From Chthonomonadaceae bacterium (lineage in GTDB: Bacteria; Armatimonadota; Chthonomonadetes; Chthonomonadales; Chthonomonadaceae), in the NCBI GenBank assembly GCA_035650735.1, contig DASRGZ010000080.1:1-38552 (forward strand): 38,552 nucleotides of DNA. The letters are read 5' to 3'. Below, in pieces: positions 20,531 to 29,787 of the stretch (position 1 is the stretch's first letter; each line of letters opens with the position of its first letter). The notes beneath the pieces are model-generated. The model saw nothing but the letters and a program-made list of their open reading frames with translations, was not told where the DNA came from and made no database searches. The position numbers were made by a program, and so were the translations under genes.

Positions 20531-20726
20531 GCTGCGACCGTTGGCAGCTCTTACTCCCATTGAAACTAGGCCAGCCGCTCGTTGGCGTCCGACATATTTT
20601 TGCTGCTACCGTTGGCAGCTCGGTAGACACCCCCAATTGTGTGGATACATCTCAAAAGCGTGCGCTCCATGAGAAGCGTCAACACGGTTGGGAGGGATTA
20701 CCGGCAGCTCTTACTCCCATTGAAAC
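20531..20726 (+). CRISPR. Candidate orphan repeat-spacer-repeat unit (36-bp repeat, 35-bp spacer; second repeat split by a MITE)
   Basis: R1 20531-20566 GCTGCGACCGTTGGCAGCTCTTACTCCCATTGAAAC; spacer 20567-20601; R2 = 20602-20621 + 20711-20726, 35/36 identical after removing the insertion. No cas genes in the window. Confidence 0.45.
20622..20702. mobile_element. 81-bp MITE / internally deleted IS with an 8-bp target duplication
   Basis: Terminal IRs GGTAGACACCCCCAATTGTGTGGA / GGTAATCCCTCCCAACCGTGTTGA (17/24 match), flanked by GGCAGCTC at 20614-20621 and 20703-20710. Confidence 0.8.
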
Positions 20727-21757
20727 CCCGGCCCCTCTGGTATCGCCGCGCAGCCGTCCCTCAGCTTGAGCGGCGAGTTGGGCGCAATCAGCCCGGTCTC
20801 CAGGTAGAGCGCGTTGGGCAGGCAGGCCATGATGTTAAGCTGCACCGGGCCGCCGCCGTGCGAGGCATAGGGCCGTCGAAAGGCGTCTGCCAGCAGGCCG
20901 ATTTGCAGCAGAGCGGTCGGCCCACCGGCACGGCGCAGGTCAGGCTGCACGATGTCTACCGCGTCGCGGCGCAGGAAGCGCGCGAAGTCGGCGCGAGTAT
21001 AGAGGTTCTCGCCGGTGGCAATCGGGATATCCAGGGCTTCGGCAAGACGGGCATACCCGTCCACGTCGTCGGCAGAAATCGGCTCCTCCCACCAATAGCA
21101 GCCCAAATCCTGAAAGGCGCGGCCCCGCCGCAGGGCCTCTTTGGTCGTCAGCGACTGGTTGGCGTCTACCATTAGCCGCACGTCCGCGCCGATGGCCTTG
21201 CGGACAACCTGAATACGGCGCACATCCTCTTCCAGGGTCGGGTAGCCGACCTTGATCTTGACGGCGCGGAAGCCCTGCTCGACGGCCTGGGCGCAGATGC
21301 GCTGCACCTCGTCGTCGTTATAGTTCAGCCAGCCCACCATCGCGTAGGCAGGGATCGCTTTGCGCGCCGCGCCCCACAACTGCCAGCAGGGAACGCCGCG
21401 CATTCGCCCCAGGCAATCCCAGAGCGCCACATCCACCGCCGCGATGCCGAACATCGCCAGGCCGAAGGAGCCGTGATACTCCGTTTCCCGCAGCATCGCT
21501 TCGTGCGTCTGACGGACAAGGGCCGGGTCGGTTCCCAGGACGACCGGTTTGAGGATATGTTCGATGAGCGCGGCCAGCGCCTCCGGTGCGCCCGCCACCC
21601 GCCCAAAGCCGACCTCCCCGACGCCGGAGATATTCTCCTCGGTGCGCACGACGACCTGCGCCGATCCGGCTCCCGGCAGGCTTTGCAGGGCATCGCGGAT
21701 CGGGGTCGGGTTTGGGGCGCTGCGCCGCACGGTGACTTCTAACGCGGTGATTTGCAT
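20711..21757 (-). CDS. Mandelate racemase/muconate lactonizing (enolase superfamily) enzyme
   Basis: AAVDVALWD, VKIKVG, MVDANQ, WEEP, ATGENL, VQPD, ASHG, PEGPGF. ATG at 21757. Confidence 0.93.
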   Translation of the reverse strand: MQITALEVTVRRSAPNPTPIRDALQSLPGAGSAQVVVRTEENISGVGEVGFGRVAGAPEALAALIEHILKPVVLGTDPALVRQTHEAMLRETEYHGSFGLAMFGIAAVDVALWDCLGRMRGVPCWQLWGAARKAIPAYAMVGWLNYNDDEVQRICAQAVEQGFRAVKIKVGYPTLEEDVRRIQVVRKAIGADVRLMVDANQSLTTKEALRRGRAFQDLGCYWWEEPISADDVDGYARLAEALDIPIATGENLYTRADFARFLRRDAVDIVQPDLRRAGGPTALLQIGLLADAFRRPYASHGGGPVQLNIMACLPNALYLETGLIAPNSPLKLRDGCAAIPEGPGFQWE

Positions 21758-21794
21758 GGTATCCTCATGGGTTCCAGGGCGTGCAGGGCAGGTA

Positions 21795-22655
21795 CTATGG
21801 GCCGCAGTAGCCTTTCGCGGCCAGCATGTCGGCGATGGCCGTTCCAGTGGCGGCGGACGGCGCGACTTCAATCGGCACGACGATCAGGCCCTCGCTGGAC
21901 TCGCCGTAGGGGCCTTCGGCCAGGACGACTCCGCCTGGCCCTATCGCCAGCGAGCAGCCAATGCACTTGCGCCCTTGCCACGGCCCTGCGCTCAGCCAGC
22001 CCACGTTGCTTACCCCCACGACCGTCATATTATACAACGTGGCCAGCGTGGTATAGGCGGAGCGCCACAGCGCGCCGTAGGGTTCCTTTGCGTTGTCGTG
22101 ATCGGCGTCTACCGCCCAGGCCGAGGGCGAGAGCAGTAGCTGCGCGCCCATGCGCGCCAGCGAATGGCCGAGCGCCAGGGAACTCGGAAAATTATCGGCG
22201 CAGATGGGAATGCCGATGGTTCCCAACGGCGTATGCGCTACGGAGAGCGAGTCGCCAATGGAATAGAGATCGTGGGCAATCTCCAGTTCGTTGATCTTGC
22301 GGTGCTTGAGCAGGATCGCGCCATCGGGAGAGGTCAGGACCGCCGCATTATAGATGCGATCTCCGGCGCGCTCCGTCAGGCCCGCCACCACGTAGATACG
22401 CGCTTGCCGTGCCGCCTGAGCCAGAATGTCGCTGTGCCTGCCGGGAATAGGCTGTGCCAATTCGCGCGCGGCGGGATGCGTCCAGCCGAGGTCCAGGCAC
22501 TCCGGCAGCACGACAATCTGGCAGCCCTGCTCGCCTGCCGCCGCGATCATGTGCATGGCCCGTTGCAAGTTTGCCTCTACCGCGCCGCCCTCGACCCGCA
22601 TCTGGCCTATCGCCAGCATAAACCTGTTGCCGCTCACGTTCGCCTCCTCGCCCAT
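21795..22655 (-). CDS. Carbon-nitrogen hydrolase (nitrilase family)
   Basis: LPECLD, HRKINE and ICADNF triad motifs. Confidence 0.9.
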   Translation of the reverse strand: MGEEANVSGNRFMLAIGQMRVEGGAVEANLQRAMHMIAAAGEQGCQIVVLPECLDLGWTHPAARELAQPIPGRHSDILAQAARQARIYVVAGLTERAGDRIYNAAVLTSPDGAILLKHRKINELEIAHDLYSIGDSLSVAHTPLGTIGIPICADNFPSSLALGHSLARMGAQLLLSPSAWAVDADHDNAKEPYGALWRSAYTTLATLYNMTVVGVSNVGWLSAGPWQGRKCIGCSLAIGPGGVVLAEGPYGESSEGLIVVPIEVAPSAATGTAIADMLAAKGYCGP

Positions 22656-22844
22656 TGATTCTGCAAAGAGGGCCTAAATCCTTGCTGCTGTCTGGCTTTT
22701 CTGTGCTTGTTTGTCCCTTGCGAAGGAGATGATGGTGGAGGAGAGGAAAATAGGCTTGCCCTGGTGAGGAACAGCGGCGTGGAGTGTGACCAACTCCAGG
22801 TGTACGAGCAGGCAAGGGAGACGAGGGCAAAAGGAGAACCGCAG

Positions 22845-23660
22845 GTGAAAATCTCGATTGCTTCGTTCAGCTTTCATGGGCTTCGGCAGGAGGGCAAAAT
22901 AGACGCCTTCGGCTACCTGGAAAGCGTCAAGTACCGCTACCGGCTTAACGCGGCGGACTTCTGGAACTATATCATCGGCAGCGACGATGAGGGCGTCATC
23001 CGCAAGGTCCGGCAGGCGCTAGATGAGAGAGAGATGACCGTCGCCAATTATCACGTGGACGGCGTGCATGTGTGGGAGGCGGACCCGGAGGCACGGGAGC
23101 GCAACTATCGGGGCGCGCTGCATCACCTGCGTCTGGCCGCCATTTTGGGGGCAGAGACGGTGCGCTTCGATACCGGCGGTCCGGTCAGCCTGGGAACGGG
23201 GAATGCGTTTGATCCGGCCAATGCCAGGGTTCCCATGACGGAAGAGCAATTCGATACGCTGGTGAAGCGCTATCAGGAGTACGCGCGCTTTGCAGGCGAT
23301 CACGGCTTCCGCGTCGGGCCGGAGAACCACTGGGGCTTCTCGCTGATTGCCGACAACATGGAGCGTTTGGCAAAAGCGGTAGATCATCCCGCCTATGGCG
23401 TGCTGCTGCATATCGGCCACTGGGAAGACGGCGATGAGGAGGGCGGGGACCGCCGCATGGCTCCCTGGGCGATGCATACGCACGTAGACGCCCGCATCAC
23501 GCAGACCTGCCTGGCCGAGCGCATTAAGATACTCCGCAATGCGGGGTATCAGGGCTATTGGGGCGTAGAGCATCATTCCGGCAAAAACGAGTACCGTGAG
23601 GTCGCCTATCAACTGGCAGCGGTGGAGCGTGCTCTGACCAGCACAGACACTACGCCGTGA
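22845..23660 (+). CDS. Sugar phosphate isomerase/epimerase family TIM barrel protein
   Basis: AGGAG RBS plus GTG; GPENHWG, MHTHVD, GYQGYWGVEH. Confidence 0.8.
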   Translation: MKISIASFSFHGLRQEGKIDAFGYLESVKYRYRLNAADFWNYIIGSDDEGVIRKVRQALDEREMTVANYHVDGVHVWEADPEARERNYRGALHHLRLAAILGAETVRFDTGGPVSLGTGNAFDPANARVPMTEEQFDTLVKRYQEYARFAGDHGFRVGPENHWGFSLIADNMERLAKAVDHPAYGVLLHIGHWEDGDEEGGDRRMAPWAMHTHVDARITQTCLAERIKILRNAGYQGYWGVEHHSGKNEYREVAYQLAAVERALTSTDTTP

Positions 23661-23847
23661 GCGTAGATCGCACTTATTGCAACAATAAGAGAACTGCTGT
23701 CATATCCGCCTGGTTTCTTGATTCTTCCTGACTGTACCTCAAACCTGCCGGAACCGGTGAGTAAAGAATCGAGCCAATGCAGCCGGAAAGTTTATGGAGC
23801 TTGCCTTATCAAGAGGCCGAACAGAAGTGCCAAAAGAAGGAGTTACC

Positions 23848-24708
23848 ATGCGTAAGATTACAGACGAAGAGATTCAGTTCTTTGATGAGAATGGCTATGT
23901 TATCTGCCGCAACGTCCTGCACGCCGACGAGCTGGCCAACTTCCGCGCGGAGTCGGCGCGCCTGATCGAGGAGATAGTCTCCGGCGGCCCGGCGGATAAG
24001 AAGTGCCTGCGCGGCCCGGAGGGCATTCCCTACTATCTGACCTATCTCCACTCCAACCCCAACACCTTCTCGCTGCGGCTGCTGGCGCATCCCTTCATCG
24101 GCGACCTGCTGACTCGCATGGTCGGCCCGGACTTTATTCCCTGCTATGAGTCGCTGGTCTTCAAGCTGCCGGGGCACGGCTCTTCGGTGCCCTGGCATCG
24201 GGACGGCAATGCCCTCACCGGCAGAGAGCGGATCTTTAACATTGACATCTACCCGGACTACTCAACAGTGGAGAATAGCTGCGTCTGGGTCGTGCCGGGC
24301 AGCCACCTGTGGGATGTGGAAAAGGCCAACGCCTGGGTCGAGCAGGGACGCAAGGACTTCTACTCCCTGCCCGGAGCCGTGCCGGCAGAGATGGAACCGG
24401 GGGACGTGCTGTTGCATCATGTGAAGGTGCTGCACGGCAGCACGGTCAATACGAGCAACGACCTGCGCCGGGTGGTCTATTTCGACAACCGCGCCGCCAG
24501 TTGGAACGAGAAGTACGGCTGGTTCGACCGCAGCGTGATCGAGAAGCGGTGCCGCCTGTATCAGTACGCGCTGCATGAGCGCAAGGTCAACCCCTATCCG
24601 AGCGACGATGAGACCTTTGACTACGCCGTGCCGGAGGGACTGCCCACCTGGCATCCCGGCGAGCCTGTTGACCTGTACGCGCGCCGCGAAGGCCCCGGTG
24701 GCGATTAA
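23848..24708 (+). CDS. Phytanoyl-CoA dioxygenase (PhyH) family Fe(II)/2OG enzyme
   Basis: FFDENGYV, FKLPG, PWHRD, VVPGSH, PGDVLLH, LHGS...R. Confidence 0.92.
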   Translation: MRKITDEEIQFFDENGYVICRNVLHADELANFRAESARLIEEIVSGGPADKKCLRGPEGIPYYLTYLHSNPNTFSLRLLAHPFIGDLLTRMVGPDFIPCYESLVFKLPGHGSSVPWHRDGNALTGRERIFNIDIYPDYSTVENSCVWVVPGSHLWDVEKANAWVEQGRKDFYSLPGAVPAEMEPGDVLLHHVKVLHGSTVNTSNDLRRVVYFDNRAASWNEKYGWFDRSVIEKRCRLYQYALHERKVNPYPSDDETFDYAVPEGLPTWHPGEPVDLYARREGPGGD

Positions 24709-24748
24709 CGGACGCACCCGTTAAACCTCAGAGTGTGTACGCTAACTT

Positions 24749-24911
24749 CTGGCAGCCCCACCCGTAAACGAGTGGGCTGCGGACGGCAAGCCCGCTCAAG
24801 CGGGCTACGCGAGGTGGGTTAGTCCCCTATAGGAGCTATAAGAAGGAAGGTTAGCCCCCTTCAGGGGGCTTGCCGCCCACAGCCCGGTCCTTTAGGGCCG
24901 GGCACAGCCGG
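24749..24911. repeat. REPIN-like composite palindromic element family C, copy 2
   Basis: Same arms as 17154-17360 with a different, shorter core; lies between convergent genes. Confidence 0.85.
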
Positions 24912-24927
24912 GTTTCCATGGACACTC

Positions 24928-25734
24928 TCACACAGCAGAGGGCGTCTGCGCGCAGGCGGCGACGAACGCCTCCGTCGTGGTGGACCAGGCGTACTTCGTC
25001 TCGATCTCGCGCACGGTCATTGCCGTGGCCTGAAGCGTATCCACCGTATCGTGGAACTCGATGCCCGTCGTGGCGTCGCGGACGAGGATGATGTTATAGC
25101 CGCGCTCGTTCATCCTGATGATGCCGTAGTCACGCCCGATCACGCACCAGTTGGTCGCAAAACCGGCGTAGAACAGGTGCAGGATTTTGCGCTCGGCCAG
25201 CAGCGCGTGCATCTGCGCGCCGGTATGGATGACCGGCTCGCCGGGCAGCGGTCTGGCAGGCGGAGCGATATCGAGCTCGGTAACGTAGCGTTCGAGCGCC
25301 GCGTGCAGGCGCGGCTCGTCGTCGCGGCCAAAGGCGGCGTACTCTCCGGCGCGGTAGATGCTGCGAAAGCCGGCAGGGGGCCACTCCGAAGAGGCGGCAG
25401 GCGCGGAAGGGGCCGGCGGCGGAGCCGGGCTGTAGCGCTCTGCCACCTGCGGGCACGGCCCGTGAATGACGGCCATGCCGACGCGGCGGGCCGCTTCCAG
25501 CAGGGGAACAATGCGCGTTCGCGTGACCTCGGCGGCCCGCTGGAGCCAGTTGTCTATGTAGTGGGTGTTCCAGACATCCACCAGCACCAGGGCCGCCTGC
25601 GCCACGGGCACGGGCAGCGCGCGCTCGACGTAATGGAAATTACACTCGTCGCAGGGAACTTCCGGGTCGGTATAGACGCGATAGTAACGGCAGGGAAGGG
25701 AGAGCACGGGCGATTCGGGCTGGCCTGGCTGCAT
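24928..25734 (-). CDS. Isochorismatase-family cysteine hydrolase
   Basis: ALVLVDVW, YAGFATNWCV, LVRDAT; AGGAG RBS before ATG at 25734. Confidence 0.85.
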   Translation of the reverse strand: MQPGQPESPVLSLPCRYYRVYTDPEVPCDECNFHYVERALPVPVAQAALVLVDVWNTHYIDNWLQRAAEVTRTRIVPLLEAARRVGMAVIHGPCPQVAERYSPAPPPAPSAPAASSEWPPAGFRSIYRAGEYAAFGRDDEPRLHAALERYVTELDIAPPARPLPGEPVIHTGAQMHALLAERKILHLFYAGFATNWCVIGRDYGIIRMNERGYNIILVRDATTGIEFHDTVDTLQATAMTVREIETKYAWSTTTEAFVAACAQTPSAV

Positions 25735-25801
25735 AGCAAGCTCCTTTTCCAAACCAATTCGGAACAGGCAGAGTCGCATATCGGAAGGGCGGCGTTGGCG
25801 C

Positions 25802-25830
25802 ATTATAGCGCGGCGTCGGCTGGTTGTCAA
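25802..25830 (-). promoter_or_regulatory. Perfect consensus sigma70 promoter for the isochorismatase gene
   Basis: Minus strand TTGACA (25830-25825)-N17-TATAAT (25807-25802). Confidence 0.85.
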
Positions 25831-25871
25831 TGCGGCTCGTCTGGGCTTTACCTGCTGCGTAGGAGACGACA

Positions 25872-28586
25872 ATGACCGGGCTGATGCACCTGCTGCTGAG
25901 CCTCTGCGTTCTTGGCTGGCTGGCGCTTTCCGCCGCGCAGGGCGCGGAAGGCGACTGGCCGATGTGGCGGCATGATACCTCCCTGACGGCCTACCAGCCG
26001 CTGCCGGGCGCGATGCGTCAGCCCCCGCGCGTGCTGGCGCGCTATTTCGTTGGCAGCGGACAGGGCGCGCACCGCTTTGCCGATCTGCGGGGCAGCGGGC
26101 GGGATACTGAAATTCTCGTGACGGCGCGGGCGCGGCTGATGGCCTATAGCGAACAGGGCAAGCTTCTCTGGCAGAGCGCGCCGCCGGGCTATGTCATCAG
26201 CGACGTGGCCTGGGTCGAAGACCTCGACGGCGATGGGCGCAAGGAGGTCGTCGCTCTGGCGGGGCACCTGGGCGGCACGCGGCAGGCGTACCTCATCCTG
26301 GACGGGCAGACGGGCCGGCTGCGGGCCGCCATAGACATCAACACCGGCGACTTTGGCTGGCGCGGCTGCTGTGGCGCGTATCTGCCAGACGCGCGGGGCA
26401 AGCAGATTTTTGTTGTCACCTCCATGCGGCAGGCGCAGGGCGGGCCGCCCGCCTCGAACGGAGAGTTCGCCCTGTGGAGTTTCGACGGGCACAGGGCGAT
26501 CCGGCGCTGGGCCTGGACGCCCAAAGAGTACGCCGTCGAGTATCCTGCCGTGATGCTCGGCGACCTCAACGGGGAGGGACATACGCACGCCGTCGTGGAT
26601 AGCTGGTGCCACGTCTGGAACCTGGACCTGGCCACCGGCGCCCTCGCCTCGCACACAACCTGGGACCCGCAGGGCGCCAACAAACGCCACTACGGTTGGA
26701 ATGAGTTGGTGGACGTGGATGGCGACGGCAAGCTGGACTTCGTCAATATCTCCCTGACCAAGCACGTGGACGTGCTGCGCAACGTCGGCGGCAAGCTGGA
26801 GCTGGCCTGGACGCGCGGCTGGCCCGACCCGGTTACCACGGAGGCGCGCTCCATCCGCATGCCTTCCGACCCGGTGAGCGACCTGGACGGCGATGGGAAG
26901 AAAGAGCTTGTCGCCGCCTTGTTCGACGGCACGACCGATAAGCGCTGGCACCTGTTTATCTGGGATGGCGTAACGGGAGCGCAAAAGGCCGAAGCGCCCG
27001 ACCTTGTGCCGATAGCGTCCGTGCCCATTCGGGGAGAACACGGCGGGCGCGCGCTGCTGTGCGTCCGCAGCGCCGGCCTCCAGTTCGATCCGCCGGCAAG
27101 TTACGAGGTCTGGCGGCTGCAAGGTGGGCAGCTTACGCGCCTCTGGGCCTCATCAACCGCCGCCTTCCTCCTGGAGTCGCTTCCTGCCGATGCGCGCCGG
27201 GATTTTGCCTTTAACGCCGTCGGCGTGCGGCGCGCGGTCATGGCCGGGCCGGATGGCGGGCGGGCCGCGTTCTTCACGACCGAAAAAGGGGGCCAGGCGG
27301 CGCAGGGATGGGCTATCCAGGCCGACGGCGCGGTTGTCACCAGCACGGAGACGCCGCCCGCGCCGCCCGTGCCTCGCGCCCTGCCCGACCTCCCTCCCTT
27401 GCAGGGCGTGATGGCGCCTTATCTGCTGGCGGCGGATATAGATGGCGACGGGCGGAACGAAGTCCTGCTCTACGACAACGCCACCGTCACTGTGCTACGG
27501 TTGGAGGGGGACGCGCTGCGCCTCGTCGAGACGTTTCCCTCCTCCGAGATTCCCATCGTCTGCGATCTGCTCGGCGACGGCAAGCCCTATGTGCTGACGG
27601 CAGGACGCGGCGCGGACGGCAATCTCTGGGTGCAGGCGCGCGGCCCGGACAGAAAGACGCTATGGCAGTACGTGTTTCCGCAGAGCGCGGCCTGCGGGCA
27701 GTATAGCGAGCGCCCGCACTATTTTACCGTCGGCCACTTCACAGGCGGCAAGCACCTGGATGTGTTCACCTACAGCACCAAGCCTGCCGCACGCGCCTAT
27801 GTGCTGGATGGGCGTACCGGCAAGCCCGTCTGGGAGCGCGAAGAGGTTCCCGGCATCGAGCGGCATTTCCAGGCGTTCGGCGGGCGCGCGGTCGCGTGGG
27901 ACTTCAACGGCGACGGCACGGACGACATCGTCTTCTGCAACCCCGATTTCTACTGCATCGCCGACGGGAAAACCGGCAATCTGCTGGTCGGGCCGGTCAA
28001 TATCGCGCAGGTGCTGAAGTGGTGGGCGGCTTACGCCTCGCCGACGGTGCTGCAACGGGCGGGCGAAGCGCCTTTCGTCTATCTGGGCGGGGCCTATAGC
28101 TGCCGCGCCGGCCTCTCGCTGGACGGCACGCGCGGCCTGTGGCTGGAATATCTGCCGACCGAGCGCTGGCCGCTGCGCGGCGGGAATGCCGGCTTCAGTG
28201 AGGGGCTGCTGCCGCCTTCCAGAGTTATTTCCCACGGCTCGAAGGAAGAGCGCGGCTGGCGCGGCGCGCAGGTGGAGGCGGACGGCACGCTGGTCTGCTT
28301 TGACGCGGCGACCGGCAGGCATCTCTGGCAGATGGGGCTATCCACTGCGCCCAGCGGCATTGTCTCCGGCGATGTGGACGGCGAGGGCGCGCCGGAACTG
28401 CTCTTTGGCGGGCAGGATGGCAATCTACTGGCCGTCCGGGATGCGGGGGACCGGGGCAAAGTCGTCTGGCGCAAGACCTTCGCCGCGCCGGTCGGCACGC
28501 CCATTCTCGCTGACGTCAACGGCGACGGCAAGAGCGAGGTCGTGGTGAGCGTGGGCGACGGTTACGTCTACGTGCTGGGGCGCTGA
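25872..28586 (+). CDS. Secreted FG-GAP/VCBS repeat, PQQ-like beta-propeller protein
   Basis: Signal peptide, DWPMWRHD, many D-x-D/N-G-D-G-x-x-E/D repeats. Confidence 0.85.
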   Translation: MTGLMHLLLSLCVLGWLALSAAQGAEGDWPMWRHDTSLTAYQPLPGAMRQPPRVLARYFVGSGQGAHRFADLRGSGRDTEILVTARARLMAYSEQGKLLWQSAPPGYVISDVAWVEDLDGDGRKEVVALAGHLGGTRQAYLILDGQTGRLRAAIDINTGDFGWRGCCGAYLPDARGKQIFVVTSMRQAQGGPPASNGEFALWSFDGHRAIRRWAWTPKEYAVEYPAVMLGDLNGEGHTHAVVDSWCHVWNLDLATGALASHTTWDPQGANKRHYGWNELVDVDGDGKLDFVNISLTKHVDVLRNVGGKLELAWTRGWPDPVTTEARSIRMPSDPVSDLDGDGKKELVAALFDGTTDKRWHLFIWDGVTGAQKAEAPDLVPIASVPIRGEHGGRALLCVRSAGLQFDPPASYEVWRLQGGQLTRLWASSTAAFLLESLPADARRDFAFNAVGVRRAVMAGPDGGRAAFFTTEKGGQAAQGWAIQADGAVVTSTETPPAPPVPRALPDLPPLQGVMAPYLLAADIDGDGRNEVLLYDNATVTVLRLEGDALRLVETFPSSEIPIVCDLLGDGKPYVLTAGRGADGNLWVQARGPDRKTLWQYVFPQSAACGQYSERPHYFTVGHFTGGKHLDVFTYSTKPAARAYVLDGRTGKPVWEREEVPGIERHFQAFGGRAVAWDFNGDGTDDIVFCNPDFYCIADGKTGNLLVGPVNIAQVLKWWAAYASPTVLQRAGEAPFVYLGGAYSCRAGLSLDGTRGLWLEYLPTERWPLRGGNAGFSEGLLPPSRVISHGSKEERGWRGAQVEADGTLVCFDAATGRHLWQMGLSTAPSGIVSGDVDGEGAPELLFGGQDGNLLAVRDAGDRGKVVWRKTFAAPVGTPILADVNGDGKSEVVVSVGDGYVYVLGR

Positions 28587-28606
28587 AGGGAACGCGTTTT
28601 CCTTAT

Positions 28607-28758
28607 CGGGCGGCTGAAGCCGCAGCAACAAGAGCACTAAACCCGCCTGCGCGGGTTCTGCCCTCACCCCAGCCCCTCTCCCGCAGCGTGGGAGAGGGGA
28701 GGATTTGAGTCGGCGGAGGTCGACTTGGTATCTTTGTTGCTGCGAATTTATTCGCCCG
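28607..28758. repeat. Inverted pair of family B palindromic units bracketing a family A hairpin
   Basis: Left arm CGGGCGGCTGAAGCCGCAGCAACAAGAGCACTAAACCCGC; right arm (reverse complement) CGGGCGAATAAATTCGCAGCAACAAAGATACCAAGTCGAC; family A hairpin at 28661-28701. Confidence 0.8.
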
Positions 28759-28803
28759 CTACCGAGAACGGAAGGAGCCTGAGAGAGAAGAAAGGAGAAG
28801 GTT

Positions 28804-29781
28804 ATGTCGGAGATATTTGCAGCCACCGGCGACTCTATCGCCCGTATCGCCCTGGATGGCGATAAAGGCGTCGTCACAGCGAGTTTGAGGGGCAGCGGAG
28901 CGCAGTGCCTGACCCTGGACCCGCGCCATCCCGGCACCCTCTATGCGGGCACGCGCGGCCAGGGCGTCTGGAAGAGCGGCGACGGTGGGCAGACCTGGCA
29001 GGATGCGCGTTTGCCGGAGAAGGACGTCTTCTCGCTGGCGGTCAGCCCGGCGGATGGCGCCGTCTATGCGGGCACCGAGCCGAGCCGGCTGTTTCGCAGC
29101 GAGGACGGCGGGCAGTCCTGGGAGGAGCTGGAGGCGCTGCTGGAGTTGCCCTCCCGGCCCACCTGGAGCTTTCCGCCGCGTCCGTGGACGTCACACGTGC
29201 GCTGGATCGCGCCCAATCCGCACGAGGCGGGGGTGCTGCTGGTCGGGATCGAGTTGGGTGGCCTGATGCTAAGCCGGGATGGAGGAAAGACCTGGGCCGA
29301 TCACCGACCGGGCGCGCAGCGTGACGTGCATGCCCTCGCCTGGCACCCGCGCGCATCGGGACGCGCTTACGAGGCGGGCGGAGGCGGAGCGGCCTACAGC
29401 GTGAATTGGGGAGAGACCTGGCAGCCGGCCGATAGCGGCCGCGACCGCAACTATACCTGGGGCCTGGCGGTGGACCCGGATGACCCCGATTGCTGGTATG
29501 TCTCCGCCAGTCCCGGCCCGCGCCAGGCCCACTACTCTGGCGATGCCCAGGCGTACATCTACCGCTGGCGCGGGCAAGGACCCTGGCAGGCATTGGATGG
29601 CGGCCTGCCCCAGCCGCTCGACAGCATGCCCTACGCGCTGGCCCATATCGGCGGGCGCCTGTTCGCGGGCCTGAGCGATGGGCGCGTTTATCTCAGCGAC
29701 GATGCCGGGGAGAGCTGGCGCTCCCTGCGACTGCAAGGCGATCCGCTCCCCAGCGTGCTGGCGCTGGCCGGCCTGGAGTAG
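28804..29781 (+). CDS. BNR/Asp-box repeat beta-propeller (Ycf48/sialidase-like) protein
   Basis: Repeats SGDGGQTW, SEDGGQSW, SRDGGKTW, SDDAGESW; AGTEPSRLF. Confidence 0.88.
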   Translation: MSEIFAATGDSIARIALDGDKGVVTASLRGSGAQCLTLDPRHPGTLYAGTRGQGVWKSGDGGQTWQDARLPEKDVFSLAVSPADGAVYAGTEPSRLFRSEDGGQSWEELEALLELPSRPTWSFPPRPWTSHVRWIAPNPHEAGVLLVGIELGGLMLSRDGGKTWADHRPGAQRDVHALAWHPRASGRAYEAGGGGAAYSVNWGETWQPADSGRDRNYTWGLAVDPDDPDCWYVSASPGPRQAHYSGDAQAYIYRWRGQGPWQALDGGLPQPLDSMPYALAHIGGRLFAGLSDGRVYLSDDAGESWRSLRLQGDPLPSVLALAGLE

Positions 29782-29787
29782 CGCCTA

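Noticed and set aside
20640..20648. DnaA-box-like TGTGGATAC
   Set aside because: A single mismatched copy overlapping the MITE terminal repeat, with no origin context.
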